Below, in pieces: positions 51,801 through 61,309 of a stretch of 64,000 nt of DNA. Below the pieces are notes generated by a model that was given only the letters and a program-made list of their open reading frames with translations, did no database searches and had not been told where the DNA came from. Numbering within the stretch: the stretch's first letter is position 1; every line of letters starts with the position of its first letter. The stretch lies in the sequence record DRR378314_953; one strand, written 5' to 3'. A program made the translations under genes and the position numbers.

Positions 51801-52946
51801 ATGAAAACCATACCATACGGACGACAACATATAGATCAAGAGGATATAGATGCTGTTATTACAACTCTTACCGGGGATTTTTTAACACAAGGTCCAAAAG
51901 TAAAAGAATTCGAAGATAAATTTGCAAATTATGTGGGATCCAAATATGCTGTGGCCGTCAATAATGCTACTGCTGGATTACACCTAGCTGTTTTAGCCTT
52001 GGGTTTAAAACCTGGTGAACGGGTTATTACGACACCCATTACATTTGCAGCTTCTGCCAATTGTGTAAGATATGCCCAGGGGGAAGTCTGGTTTGCTGAT
52101 ATCGACCCCGATACTTACCTTTTATCTTTAGAAAGTGTAAAGAAACTCATCGAAAGCAAACCAAAAGGTTTCTTTAAAGGAATTATTCCAGTGGATTTTG
52201 CAGGCCTACCTGTGAACCTACAAGAGTTTCGCCATCTGGCAGAAGAACATAATCTTTGGATTATTGAAGATGCAGCACACGCTCCTGGCGGATATTTTAC
52301 AGATTCAAAAGGTGTGCATCAAAAGTGTGGTAACGGCAATTATGCGGATTTAGCAGTGTTTTCTTTTCATCCCGTTAAACATATAGCATGTGGCGAAGGC
52401 GGAATGATTACCACTAACTCTGAGGCTTTATATAATAAACTTTTTTTATTACGAACACACGGAATCACCAAAGACAACATGAAAGAGGACCATGGTGGGT
52501 GGTATTACGAAATGCAAGATCTTGGGTTTAATTATAGATTAACTGATATACAATCGGCACTTGGAATTACGCAGCTTGTCAAAAATGTTGCTGGTGTCAT
52601 GAGAAGAAATGAGATTGCTGATAAGTATAAAAAAGCTTTTGAAGGTAAAATTAAATATCAAAGTTTGCCACAGGGTATGGTGAATGCTCACCATTTATTT
52701 GTAATTGAAGTAGAAGACAGAAAAGGATTGTATGACTTTTTAAGAACGCAAAATATCTTTGCACAAATACACTATATTCCTGTACATACATTGCCATATT
52801 ATAATGAAATCGGCTATAGCAATGCTAATTTAAGTAACTCAGAAAACTATTATTCCAAGTGCATTAGCTTACCTATGTACCCAAGCTTGACTGATGAAGA
52901 GCAGAACTTTGTCATAGATAAAGTATTAACATTCGTCAATGGTTAA
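51801..52946 (+). CDS. pseC: UDP-4-keto-6-deoxy-AltNAc aminotransferase (DegT family)
   Basis: IPYGRQ, FLTQGP, EDAAH, SFHPVKHI..GEGG, LGFNYR. Confidence 0.93.
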   Translation: MKTIPYGRQHIDQEDIDAVITTLTGDFLTQGPKVKEFEDKFANYVGSKYAVAVNNATAGLHLAVLALGLKPGERVITTPITFAASANCVRYAQGEVWFADIDPDTYLLSLESVKKLIESKPKGFFKGIIPVDFAGLPVNLQEFRHLAEEHNLWIIEDAAHAPGGYFTDSKGVHQKCGNGNYADLAVFSFHPVKHIACGEGGMITTNSEALYNKLFLLRTHGITKDNMKEDHGGWYYEMQDLGFNYRLTDIQSALGITQLVKNVAGVMRRNEIADKYKKAFEGKIKYQSLPQGMVNAHHLFVIEVEDRKGLYDFLRTQNIFAQIHYIPVHTLPYYNEIGYSNANLSNSENYYSKCISLPMYPSLTDEEQNFVIDKVLTFVNG

Positions 52947-53643
52947 TCTAGCAATAATACCAGCGAGAGGAGGAAGCAAACGTATTCCAAGAAAGAATAT
53001 TAAACTCTTTTTAGGTAAGCCGATTATTGCTTATTCAATTGAAGCAGCACTAAAAAGCGAATTGTTTGAGGAGGTTATGGTATCGACTGATGATGAAGAA
53101 ATTGCAAAAATTGCTAGTGACTATGGAGCGAAAGTTCCATTTCTAAGAAACAATGATACTGCAAATGATTTTGCTGTATTGGCAGATGTAGTTCAAGAAG
53201 TGGTTTCAAACTATAAGAAGCAAAAAAAGATCTTTGACAATATTTGTTGCATCCTGCCAACTGCACCTTTTGTAAAGTCAAACAAAATTATTGAAGCCTA
53301 TAAAAAACTGACAGATAATAAATTTGACAGTGTCTTTCCGGTTTTAGAGTATTCATTTCCCATCCAACGTTCATTAAAAATTAATGATGATAAAGTAGCA
53401 ATGGTTTGGGGCGAAAACTTAAATGCTCGTTCCCAAGACTTAGAACCTAGATTCCATGATGCGGGACAGTTTTATTGGTTAAAAATATCGTCATTTTTAA
53501 GGGAAAAAAAGCTGTTTATGCCAAATTCTGGTGCAATAATCATTTCAGCCTTACATGCGCAAGATATCGACACAGAAACAGATTGGAAATTGGCTGAAAT
53601 TAAATTTAAATTGATGCGCAATGACCAAGAAAGTAATCTTTAG
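52939..53643 (+). CDS. pseF: Pseudaminic acid cytidylyltransferase
   Basis: IIPARGGSKRIPRKNI, RSQDL...DAGQFYW, DIDT. Confidence 0.92.
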   Translation: MVNLAIIPARGGSKRIPRKNIKLFLGKPIIAYSIEAALKSELFEEVMVSTDDEEIAKIASDYGAKVPFLRNNDTANDFAVLADVVQEVVSNYKKQKKIFDNICCILPTAPFVKSNKIIEAYKKLTDNKFDSVFPVLEYSFPIQRSLKINDDKVAMVWGENLNARSQDLEPRFHDAGQFYWLKISSFLREKKLFMPNSGAIIISALHAQDIDTETDWKLAEIKFKLMRNDQESNL

Positions 53644-54634
53644 AGCAGACGGAAACTCAACCTCTGGATTAGGGCACTTATACAGATTATTTAGTCTGGT
53701 TGAAATTATTAAGGATACATTGGATTTTGTTTTTTTAACCCATATAACTTCAACAATTTCTATAATCCCAAAATCCTATAAAAAGTCAATTATTCCAGAA
53801 ACCATTAAAATAGAGGACGAACCGCAATGGCTATACTCTAATTTTCCGCCTGAAGAATATATTATAATCGCAGATGGCTATCAATTCGTAGCCTCATATC
53901 AAAGAGAATTAAAAAAACTAGGGTATAGTTTAGTGTATATTGATGATTTATCAAAAGAGCACATGTTTGCAGATTTGGTTATAAATCATTCACCATACAT
54001 AAAAGATAAACATTATAAAAAAGAAGCATATACAAAATTGGCTTTAGGAACACGATACGCATTACTGAGACCTCTTTTTTTAAACCAGGCAAAACAAGAT
54101 AGAAGTATAAAAACAATTGATAGCGTGTTTGTCTGTTTTGGTGGTGCAGACCCATATAATCTAAGTCTAAAAGCCGTTCAGGCTCTTCTTCAAATTAGCA
54201 CTATAAAAAAAACACACGTTGTTTTAGGCGGGGCATATAAACATCAAGAAATTTTTGACTTAAAAGAAAAAAATTCAGATAAAATAAATCTTTATAGAGA
54301 TTTGTCGGAAGAGGATTTAATTATAGTGATGCGTCAATGTAACTTTGCAATTGCACCGGCAAGCACAATTTTATTTGAACTATCTTGTATTAAAATGCCT
54401 ATTTTGAGTGGATATTATGTTGATAATCAAAAAATGATTTACAAGGGCTTTTTAAACAATAAAACCATTTACAAAGCCGATAACATGAGAAAAATTGAAG
54501 TTTCCGGTTTTGTAAATCGCATTAAAACTATATTAAATGAAAATAGTTTTAACCAGCAAATTAAAGCGCAAAAAACATTGTTTGATGATAAAATTGCATT
54601 AAGACATCTAAACTCAATTAAGAACTTATGTTAA
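53621..54634 (+). CDS. pseG: UDP-sugar hydrolase PseG
   Basis: FRADG...GLGHLYR, DGY, IDD, FGGADP. Confidence 0.9.
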   Translation: MTKKVIFRADGNSTSGLGHLYRLFSLVEIIKDTLDFVFLTHITSTISIIPKSYKKSIIPETIKIEDEPQWLYSNFPPEEYIIIADGYQFVASYQRELKKLGYSLVYIDDLSKEHMFADLVINHSPYIKDKHYKKEAYTKLALGTRYALLRPLFLNQAKQDRSIKTIDSVFVCFGGADPYNLSLKAVQALLQISTIKKTHVVLGGAYKHQEIFDLKEKNSDKINLYRDLSEEDLIIVMRQCNFAIAPASTILFELSCIKMPILSGYYVDNQKMIYKGFLNNKTIYKADNMRKIEVSGFVNRIKTILNENSFNQQIKAQKTLFDDKIALRHLNSIKNLC

Positions 54635-55509
54635 CAATTGGACTACTATGTAGTGGGGGATTGGGTTTGGATACGCTATCAAAAATAGCTAAGGAACACC
54701 AAGTTCAGTTCGTTTTAACTGATAGTAATTCTCATGATATTATTGATTATGCTATCAAGAATAATATTCCGTTCTATGCAGGAAACCCAAGAGAGGGTAA
54801 AGGTTATAATTTTATAAAACATTTCAATATAGATGTAATAATTTCAATTAACTATTTGTTTATAATTCAAAATGATATCATTAATCATGCAAATATTATG
54901 ACGTTTAATATTCATGGATCATTATTGCCAAAATATAGAGGAAGAACACCCCATGTTTGGGCCATAATAAATGGCGAAACTAAAACAGGAATAACCGCCC
55001 ATGTTATTGACGCAGGCTGTGATACAGGTAAGGTAATTCATCAAATAGAAATTCCGATTGAAGAAGAGGATACGGGTGCAATAATTCTAAAAAAGTTTGC
55101 AAATGAGTATTACCCTCTTGTAAAAAAGGTATTAAATGATATAGCTACAAATAATCTAGAATTCAAAATTCAAAATGAAAAAGAAGCAACTTATTTTGGC
55201 AAACGCACCCCGTTGGATGGAGAAATAAATTGGAACTGGACTAAGGAAAAAATAATAAATTGGGTTAGGGCACAAGCAGATCCTTATCCAGGTGCCTTCA
55301 CATTTTTGAACGGTAAGAAGATAATAATTGATAAAGTTTCCCTTTCTAGGGTAAAAATATTTAAAAATCAAATAAATGGCGAAATTATTGCCGATAACCC
55401 TGATGTTGTGGTAAAGGCCTCCAATGGAGCTTTAAATATTGATTCAATACGAACTGAAAATTGTACTTTTTTTAAAGGAAATATATTTTGTCATGAAGAT
55501 AGGAAATAA
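54628..55509 (+). CDS. N10-formyl-THF-dependent sugar N-formyltransferase
   Basis: NIHGSLLPKYRG, GITAH.ID.GCDTG, INW..VRA..PYPGA; located inside pse cluster. Confidence 0.88.
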   Translation: MLTIGLLCSGGLGLDTLSKIAKEHQVQFVLTDSNSHDIIDYAIKNNIPFYAGNPREGKGYNFIKHFNIDVIISINYLFIIQNDIINHANIMTFNIHGSLLPKYRGRTPHVWAIINGETKTGITAHVIDAGCDTGKVIHQIEIPIEEEDTGAIILKKFANEYYPLVKKVLNDIATNNLEFKIQNEKEATYFGKRTPLDGEINWNWTKEKIINWVRAQADPYPGAFTFLNGKKIIIDKVSLSRVKIFKNQINGEIIADNPDVVVKASNGALNIDSIRTENCTFFKGNIFCHEDRK

Positions 55510-56536
55510 AGAAATAGGAGGTGATAATCCTTGTTTTATAATAGCAGAATTATCGGCAAATCATAATGGAGAACTGGAAGTTGCCCTTGAAACTATTAGA
55601 GCAGCTAAAAGAACAGGGGCAGATGCAATAAAACTTCAAACCTATACTCCCGATACTCTGACCATAGATTGTGACAACGAATATTTTAAAATAGGAGGTG
55701 GCACTCTATGGGATGGCAAAACACTATATGAGCTATACGGAGAAGCATATACCCCTTGGGAATGGCACAAAAGATTGTTTGAAGTAGCCGCGGAGGAAGG
55801 TTTAATTTGTTTTTCATCTCCCTTCGATTTTACTGCTGTAGATTTTCTTGAAAAGCTAAATGTGCCTGCCTATAAAATTGCCTCCTTCGAAATACAAGAT
55901 ATTCCCTTAATAGAATATGCCGCATCAAAGGGAAAGCCTATTATAATTTCAACGGGAATAGCTGAAGAAGAAGATATACAATTAGCCGTGGATACTTGCC
56001 GAAAAGTTGGTAATAATGATATAATCTTATTGAAATGTACCTCTTCATATCCCGCACCCTTAGAATTAGCAAATCTAAACACCATTCCAGATTTAAAAGC
56101 CCGTTTTGGGGTTGAGGTCGGATTTAGCGACCATACCTACGGTTCTTTAGCGCCAACAGTGGCAACAACCTTAGGGGCAAAGGTAATTGAAAAGCATTTT
56201 ATTTTAGACAAGTCTATAGGTGGTCCTGATGCTGATTTTTCTTTAGATATAAAAGAGTTCACCGACTTGGTTAACCAAGTTAGGGATACGGAAAAACTAT
56301 TAGGAAAGATATCCTATGAAATTTCTGATAAAGTGAAAAAAAATAAAAAATTCGCTAGATCTCTTTTTGTAGTTAAAGATGTAAAGGCTGGCGAAGTAAT
56401 AACAACCGAAAACGTACGATCTATCCGTCCTGGTTACGGCATGCACCCGATGCATTATAATGATATTTTAGGAAAAACCTTTCTAGTTGATACAGAGGCC
56501 GGGACACCTTTGGAATTTAATTTAATTCAGGAATAA
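55493..56536 (+). CDS. pseI: Pseudaminic acid synthase
   Basis: IAELSANHNG, KLQTYTPDT, KIASFE, KCTSSYPA, SDHT, EKHF, C-terminal SAF domain; start moved to ATG 55493. Confidence 0.95.
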   Translation: MKIGNKEIGGDNPCFIIAELSANHNGELEVALETIRAAKRTGADAIKLQTYTPDTLTIDCDNEYFKIGGGTLWDGKTLYELYGEAYTPWEWHKRLFEVAAEEGLICFSSPFDFTAVDFLEKLNVPAYKIASFEIQDIPLIEYAASKGKPIIISTGIAEEEDIQLAVDTCRKVGNNDIILLKCTSSYPAPLELANLNTIPDLKARFGVEVGFSDHTYGSLAPTVATTLGAKVIEKHFILDKSIGGPDADFSLDIKEFTDLVNQVRDTEKLLGKISYEISDKVKKNKKFARSLFVVKDVKAGEVITTENVRSIRPGYGMHPMHYNDILGKTFLVDTEAGTPLEFNLIQE

Positions 56537-56542
56537 CAGAAA

Positions 56543-57856
56543 ATGAAACTATTATTTATTGAGAATAGATATAAAACCTTTACTTATGAGGCAATAGCAA
56601 ATCAGTTAAAAAAGGAAGGGCATACAATTTCTTTTTTAATTCAAAATAGAGAATTTAAGCCAAAAAGCGATCATAATTATTTTGAGGTACCATTTCCCGG
56701 AAAGAACGATTTAGTACAAAATTATGAATCTAATAAAGAAATAGAAGAAGTTATTACCTCCGATAGGATGCAAAACTTTTTCATGAAAAAAGGAACAAGC
56801 TATTTTTATTACTATGACAATAAAATCGGGAAAATTTTAGACCAGTATAAACCCGACCTTGTATTTGGAGAATCAACAGCTTTTCATGAATTGCTCACCA
56901 TTCACAATTGTAAGTTACGTAATATTCTGTATTTGAATCCTTCAACCTGTAGGTATCCTAAAAATCGTTTTTCCTTTTATTTATATGATACTTTGGAACC
57001 TTATGAAGGAAGTGGAGAAACCTTATCTTATTCAGAAGCCAAAAATATTGTGAATGGTATTGTTAATCGTTCTGCCAAGCCAGACTATATGAAGGTCGTT
57101 AAAATATCTAAGGCTAAAACAATAAACGATAAAGTTTTAAAAATCACCTCATATTTAAAAGGAGATTCTTTTAATACTCCTCACCCTATTGTAAAGTATA
57201 GGATAGAAAGAGAGAAAAATCTTAATATTAAACTTTGGGATACATTTGCGAAAAATGAGATTGCACAAAACAATAAAACAGTTGTTCTCTATCCTTTACA
57301 AATGCAACCAGAAGCTAATATAGATGTTTGGGGTCGTAAACATAGAGATCAATTAGAGCTTATACAGTCAATTAGCGAGCACTTGCCAGCAGATTCTGTT
57401 CTAGTAGTGAAACCCAATCCAAAATCTAAATACGAGCTCTCTAAAGACTTGATAACCTATATTAAACAAAGCCAAAATGTTATCGCACTGCAACACTCCG
57501 TTAAAATGGACGACATTATAAGTAATTTAGATTTAGTTATGACGGTTACAGGCACTATAGCCATGGAATGTATTTTATCTAATATTCCCGTTATTACTCT
57601 AGTTAAAACTCTTAATAACAATCAGTCGAACTGCAGGTATATCAGTGATATAAAAAAGGAATTGTCCCAGGTCATTGAAGAGGTACAAACAAAAACATAT
57701 CCAAAAATTTCCGATAGAGAAAAGATAGAGTATATAAACTATTTAAATAAAACGAGCTATCAGGGAATTATCTCAGATCCATTTAGTGATGCTAATTGTA
57801 TTAGTAAAATGAATTTAGATAAACTATTATTTGCTTTTAAGCAAATTATAAAATAG
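56543..57856 (+). CDS. KpsS-like capsule biosynthesis protein, candidate pseudaminyltransferase
   Basis: YPLQMQPEA, VVKPNP, TVTGTIAME motifs of KpsS-type GT-B proteins; directly after pseI. Confidence 0.65.
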   Translation: MKLLFIENRYKTFTYEAIANQLKKEGHTISFLIQNREFKPKSDHNYFEVPFPGKNDLVQNYESNKEIEEVITSDRMQNFFMKKGTSYFYYYDNKIGKILDQYKPDLVFGESTAFHELLTIHNCKLRNILYLNPSTCRYPKNRFSFYLYDTLEPYEGSGETLSYSEAKNIVNGIVNRSAKPDYMKVVKISKAKTINDKVLKITSYLKGDSFNTPHPIVKYRIEREKNLNIKLWDTFAKNEIAQNNKTVVLYPLQMQPEANIDVWGRKHRDQLELIQSISEHLPADSVLVVKPNPKSKYELSKDLITYIKQSQNVIALQHSVKMDDIISNLDLVMTVTGTIAMECILSNIPVITLVKTLNNNQSNCRYISDIKKELSQVIEEVQTKTYPKISDREKIEYINYLNKTSYQGIISDPFSDANCISKMNLDKLLFAFKQIIK

Positions 57857-58351
57857 ACATTACGACTAATCTAACCTAGCAAAATTAAACTTATAATTTT
57901 ATATATTTACAAATAAGCGATTTAAATTAATGGTATATTCTAAGAACTAATTTTAAGGCAAAAGTGTTTAATCCAACAATTTTTCCATGCAGTTATATTG
58001 TCCTATTTTAGTAAGATGTAGGTAGCTATTTAATAACGCGCAAAAATACTAATACTCCCTATGACTGTTTCTTATTGATTATCCTAGATTAAAAATAATT
58101 GAACTTACACCATGATTAAGTGAGTTAATATTTGGTTTCATTAATTTATATCCTCAGGAGACACATCATTTTTAGTCTAATTTTCCAACTATATAAGAGT
58201 CCTAGCTCTGAACAGCTTAACGTGAAGTACATTTATACAAATATTTTAGCCGCTGGAAGGCATTTATGAACTAATTTTTTATTAATTCAACTAAATCCCG
58301 AATCTTTTTTGAATAATCTATAAAATTTGGGATAGATTAAAACAATAAATT

Positions 58352-59095
58352 GTGAAAAAAATATTAACTATAATTATAGCTTTTATTCTGCCTAGTCCTA
58401 TTGCCACAATTATTTTAAGATTATTAGGGCATAAAGTTGGTAGTAAAGTTAAAATAGGGTTTTCAATATTAAAAGTTGAATCATTAGACCTTTCAGATTA
58501 TGTAAGAATAGGTCATTTTAATTTGATTTTAATCCCAAAAATGGTCTTGAAGGATCATGTGAGTATAGGGTATTTAAATATTTTAAAAGGACCTTTTGAA
58601 GTGTATTTAGCTAGAGAATCTGCTATTGGAAATAAAAATTACTTAACTAGAGGGAATCTTGGCCTAACCTATGGTAAAAGTGTCTTAAGATTAGGTGAAT
58701 TAACAAAAATTACTACTGGACATCATTTGGATTTGACACAGTCAATAACATTCGGGGAATTTTCCATTTTGGCAGGAATTAATTCTCAAATGTGGACGCA
58801 TGGTTATTATCATGCTGATTCTGGTAAAGACCGTGTTCGAATCGACGGCTCAATTAGTGTAGGAAATAATGTATATATAGGTTCAGGTTGTATTTTTAAT
58901 CCAGGTGTAAAAGTAAGTGATTCTATACATATTGGAAGCGGTAGTAACATTTCCAAGAATTTGGAAAATTCAGGTATGTATGTAGGTCAGGCTCTACGAC
59001 ATCTAAAAACTAATATAAATATTGTTAAATCAAAACTTATTAAAGTAGAGAATAGAACTCTAATTGAAACGGTTTATACAAAAGATAAGACATGA
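58352..59095 (+). CDS. Hexapeptide-repeat (left-handed beta-helix) acyltransferase
   Basis: Repeated [VI]xIG units, WTHG, ISVGNNVYIGSGCIFNPGV. Confidence 0.8.
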   Translation: MKKILTIIIAFILPSPIATIILRLLGHKVGSKVKIGFSILKVESLDLSDYVRIGHFNLILIPKMVLKDHVSIGYLNILKGPFEVYLARESAIGNKNYLTRGNLGLTYGKSVLRLGELTKITTGHHLDLTQSITFGEFSILAGINSQMWTHGYYHADSGKDRVRIDGSISVGNNVYIGSGCIFNPGVKVSDSIHIGSGSNISKNLENSGMYVGQALRHLKTNINIVKSKLIKVENRTLIETVYTKDKT

Positions 59096-60279
59096 AAAGT
59101 GTTAGAATAAAATCCATTTCTAACTTGTTTGGAAAGTTTACAATTATCTTAATAATTACTGGCTTTACCCTTCATTTTCTAATTGAAGGAATTTCAGGTT
59201 TTACGCAAACAAGAAATGTTATTTTAATTTTAGCTTTACTTACTTATCTATCGAAATTACTGTTATCTTCAACGCTGATTATTCAAAAGGAAATTTTTAT
59301 TTATGTTCTTTTTGTTTTCCCCATAACAATTTTCTCAATAGGATTTTGGTATTCTTTAGCTGAGATTAACGTGTATATTACATTGTTTATAGCGCTTGTA
59401 ATGATAACATGTGATTTTGAATTTTTTAAAAAAACAACCATAGTTTTAACTTATATAATATTATTATTAGTTCTTTATGAGTTTTTTACAAAGACTTATG
59501 TTTTTGTTGTCCATCGCAATACTGAATGGGGATACAAATCCCTAGACCCTGTTTTTTTCGGAGGTCTTTCAAAAGTTTTTAGAGCAAAAGGTTTATTTGA
59601 AGGACCATTAGCGTTAACACAATTTGCAATTGGTATAGCATTTTTATTTCGTGATAAATTAAAAATTATACTTATAGCCATTTTACTTGCTATTCTTGCC
59701 AATGGACGTTTAGGAATTGTGATTTGTTCTTCCATTTTAGGCTTATATTTTATCAATAAATATGGCCTTATCCGTTTTTTTATTAGTAAAAAAGGTCTAA
59801 GGATTTTACTTGGAGTTTTTATTTTATTCTTCACTTTTGGTCATTATTTTATTAACGAAAAAACCATAGAAAGGTTAAATAAAATTTTAAGTACTGAAGA
59901 TACAGGAAATAGTGCTCGTCTATATTATTGGGGGAAAGCAGTAGAGCTGTTTAGGGAGTACAACATATTTCATAAAATATTTGGAAATAGCGGGTATTAT
60001 AGAGCTATGATTGGAAATAGTGCTGAGAATGGTTGGTTAATGCTTCTTCTAAATAATGGTATTATGGGGTTTTTATATTATATCATTCCTTTAATTATAA
60101 TAAGTTGGATGAGTTTTAAATTAAAAAAAATATATTACTATCATATGTTTCTTTTATTTATCTGTATGTTTATTCAAACATTTCACTTAGGCGCATTGGC
60201 TAGTTTATTTTATTGGATAATTATTTATTCGTTTTATTTAGAATTAAAATCTTTAAACAAAAATGCGCCTACGAATTAA
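59092..60279 (+). CDS. wzy: Putative polysaccharide polymerase Wzy
   Basis: About 10-11 TM helices, RAKGLFEGP, periplasmic loop with R..YW and ENGW. Confidence 0.65.
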   Translation: MKSVRIKSISNLFGKFTIILIITGFTLHFLIEGISGFTQTRNVILILALLTYLSKLLLSSTLIIQKEIFIYVLFVFPITIFSIGFWYSLAEINVYITLFIALVMITCDFEFFKKTTIVLTYIILLLVLYEFFTKTYVFVVHRNTEWGYKSLDPVFFGGLSKVFRAKGLFEGPLALTQFAIGIAFLFRDKLKIILIAILLAILANGRLGIVICSSILGLYFINKYGLIRFFISKKGLRILLGVFILFFTFGHYFINEKTIERLNKILSTEDTGNSARLYYWGKAVELFREYNIFHKIFGNSGYYRAMIGNSAENGWLMLLLNNGIMGFLYYIIPLIIISWMSFKLKKIYYYHMFLLFICMFIQTFHLGALASLFYWIIIYSFYLELKSLNKNAPTN

Positions 60280-61309
60280 TGTTATCTTGATTACCTGTTT
60301 TGCCTTATTTTACGCATGTAAAAGAGAAAAATATAATAAAACTGATATATCTACGTATTTACCGTACAATGATTCTCTTTATACTCTGTTTCCAAAATAT
60401 AAAGTAGGTGATTGTAGACGCTATGGAGTTTTTCCAGATTCTTCAAATAATAGACTTCATAAAAACACACAGAAAAGTTTAATCAATTCTATAATAAGTT
60501 TTGCTGAAAAATTTAAAGACACGGTTTATTTTCCAAGTGGAAATTATGGCGCAAATTTAATTTTAGATTCCAAAAAGGATATAATTTTTAAATTTGATAG
60601 TTCAGAATTTAATCTTGTGAATATTACAAACGAAGGAGGCGAAGAATCATCCAATATTAAATTATTGGGTACTATTGTTTTGTACGATAGATTAGGAACA
60701 TATAATTCTAACAATATTAAAATAGATTCAGTAATAATTAAATCTGATTTTAATAAAAACTTAAGAAGTTTAAGAAGTCGAGGTTGCCGCATTTATAAAG
60801 GCTCAAAAAATATAAGCATTGAATATCTTGAAATACATGATTTAGGATCTGGGGGAAAGGTTTATCAAAACAATCATGCAGCATTAGCTATTGGTGCTTT
60901 AAGGGATTCCCCAGAGGAAATAAGTATAAAAGAAGTATATATTAAATCTTCAGACCGCCATGGAGCTTTTATTTCAGGAACTAACATTAAAATAAATAAT
61001 ATTACAATAGAAAAATATGCGCAAGGTTCTGTTGGTGAAATGAGTGCAATGCAAGGAACACAAAAGGGTGAAGAATTTATACTTTCTGGATTGTGGATTA
61101 ATAGATGTAATTATTGTGAGTTCGATATAGTGAATATACACACAAAATATTCTAAAAATGGTTTTCCTCTAAAACTAGACGAAGGGAATGTTAGTAAACC
61201 AACTTTTATTGAAAATTTGGAGTTGGATCTGAAATATACCGACACTTTAGTTGTTGATGACATTTTAACAAATGTTCTTGTAAAACGCATCAAGGATATA
61301 AAAGAATGA
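60263..61309 (+). CDS. Lipoprotein with probable right-handed beta-helix (pectin-lyase-like)
   Basis: Lipobox FYAC, YGVFPD..TVYFPSGNY, repeated NIKI/NISI strands. Confidence 0.6.
   Translation: MRLRINVILITCFALFYACKREKYNKTDISTYLPYNDSLYTLFPKYKVGDCRRYGVFPDSSNNRLHKNTQKSLINSIISFAEKFKDTVYFPSGNYGANLILDSKKDIIFKFDSSEFNLVNITNEGGEESSNIKLLGTIVLYDRLGTYNSNNIKIDSVIIKSDFNKNLRSLRSRGCRIYKGSKNISIEYLEIHDLGSGGKVYQNNHAALAIGALRDSPEEISIKEVYIKSSDRHGAFISGTNIKINNITIEKYAQGSVGEMSAMQGTQKGEEFILSGLWINRCNYCEFDIVNIHTKYSKNGFPLKLDEGNVSKPTFIENLELDLKYTDTLVVDDILTNVLVKRIKDIKE

Noticed and set aside
54628-55509. Calling this gene methionyl-tRNA formyltransferase (fmt)
   Set aside because: It lacks the typical FMGTP N-terminus and overlaps pseG and pseI, so a sugar N-formyltransferase fits better.
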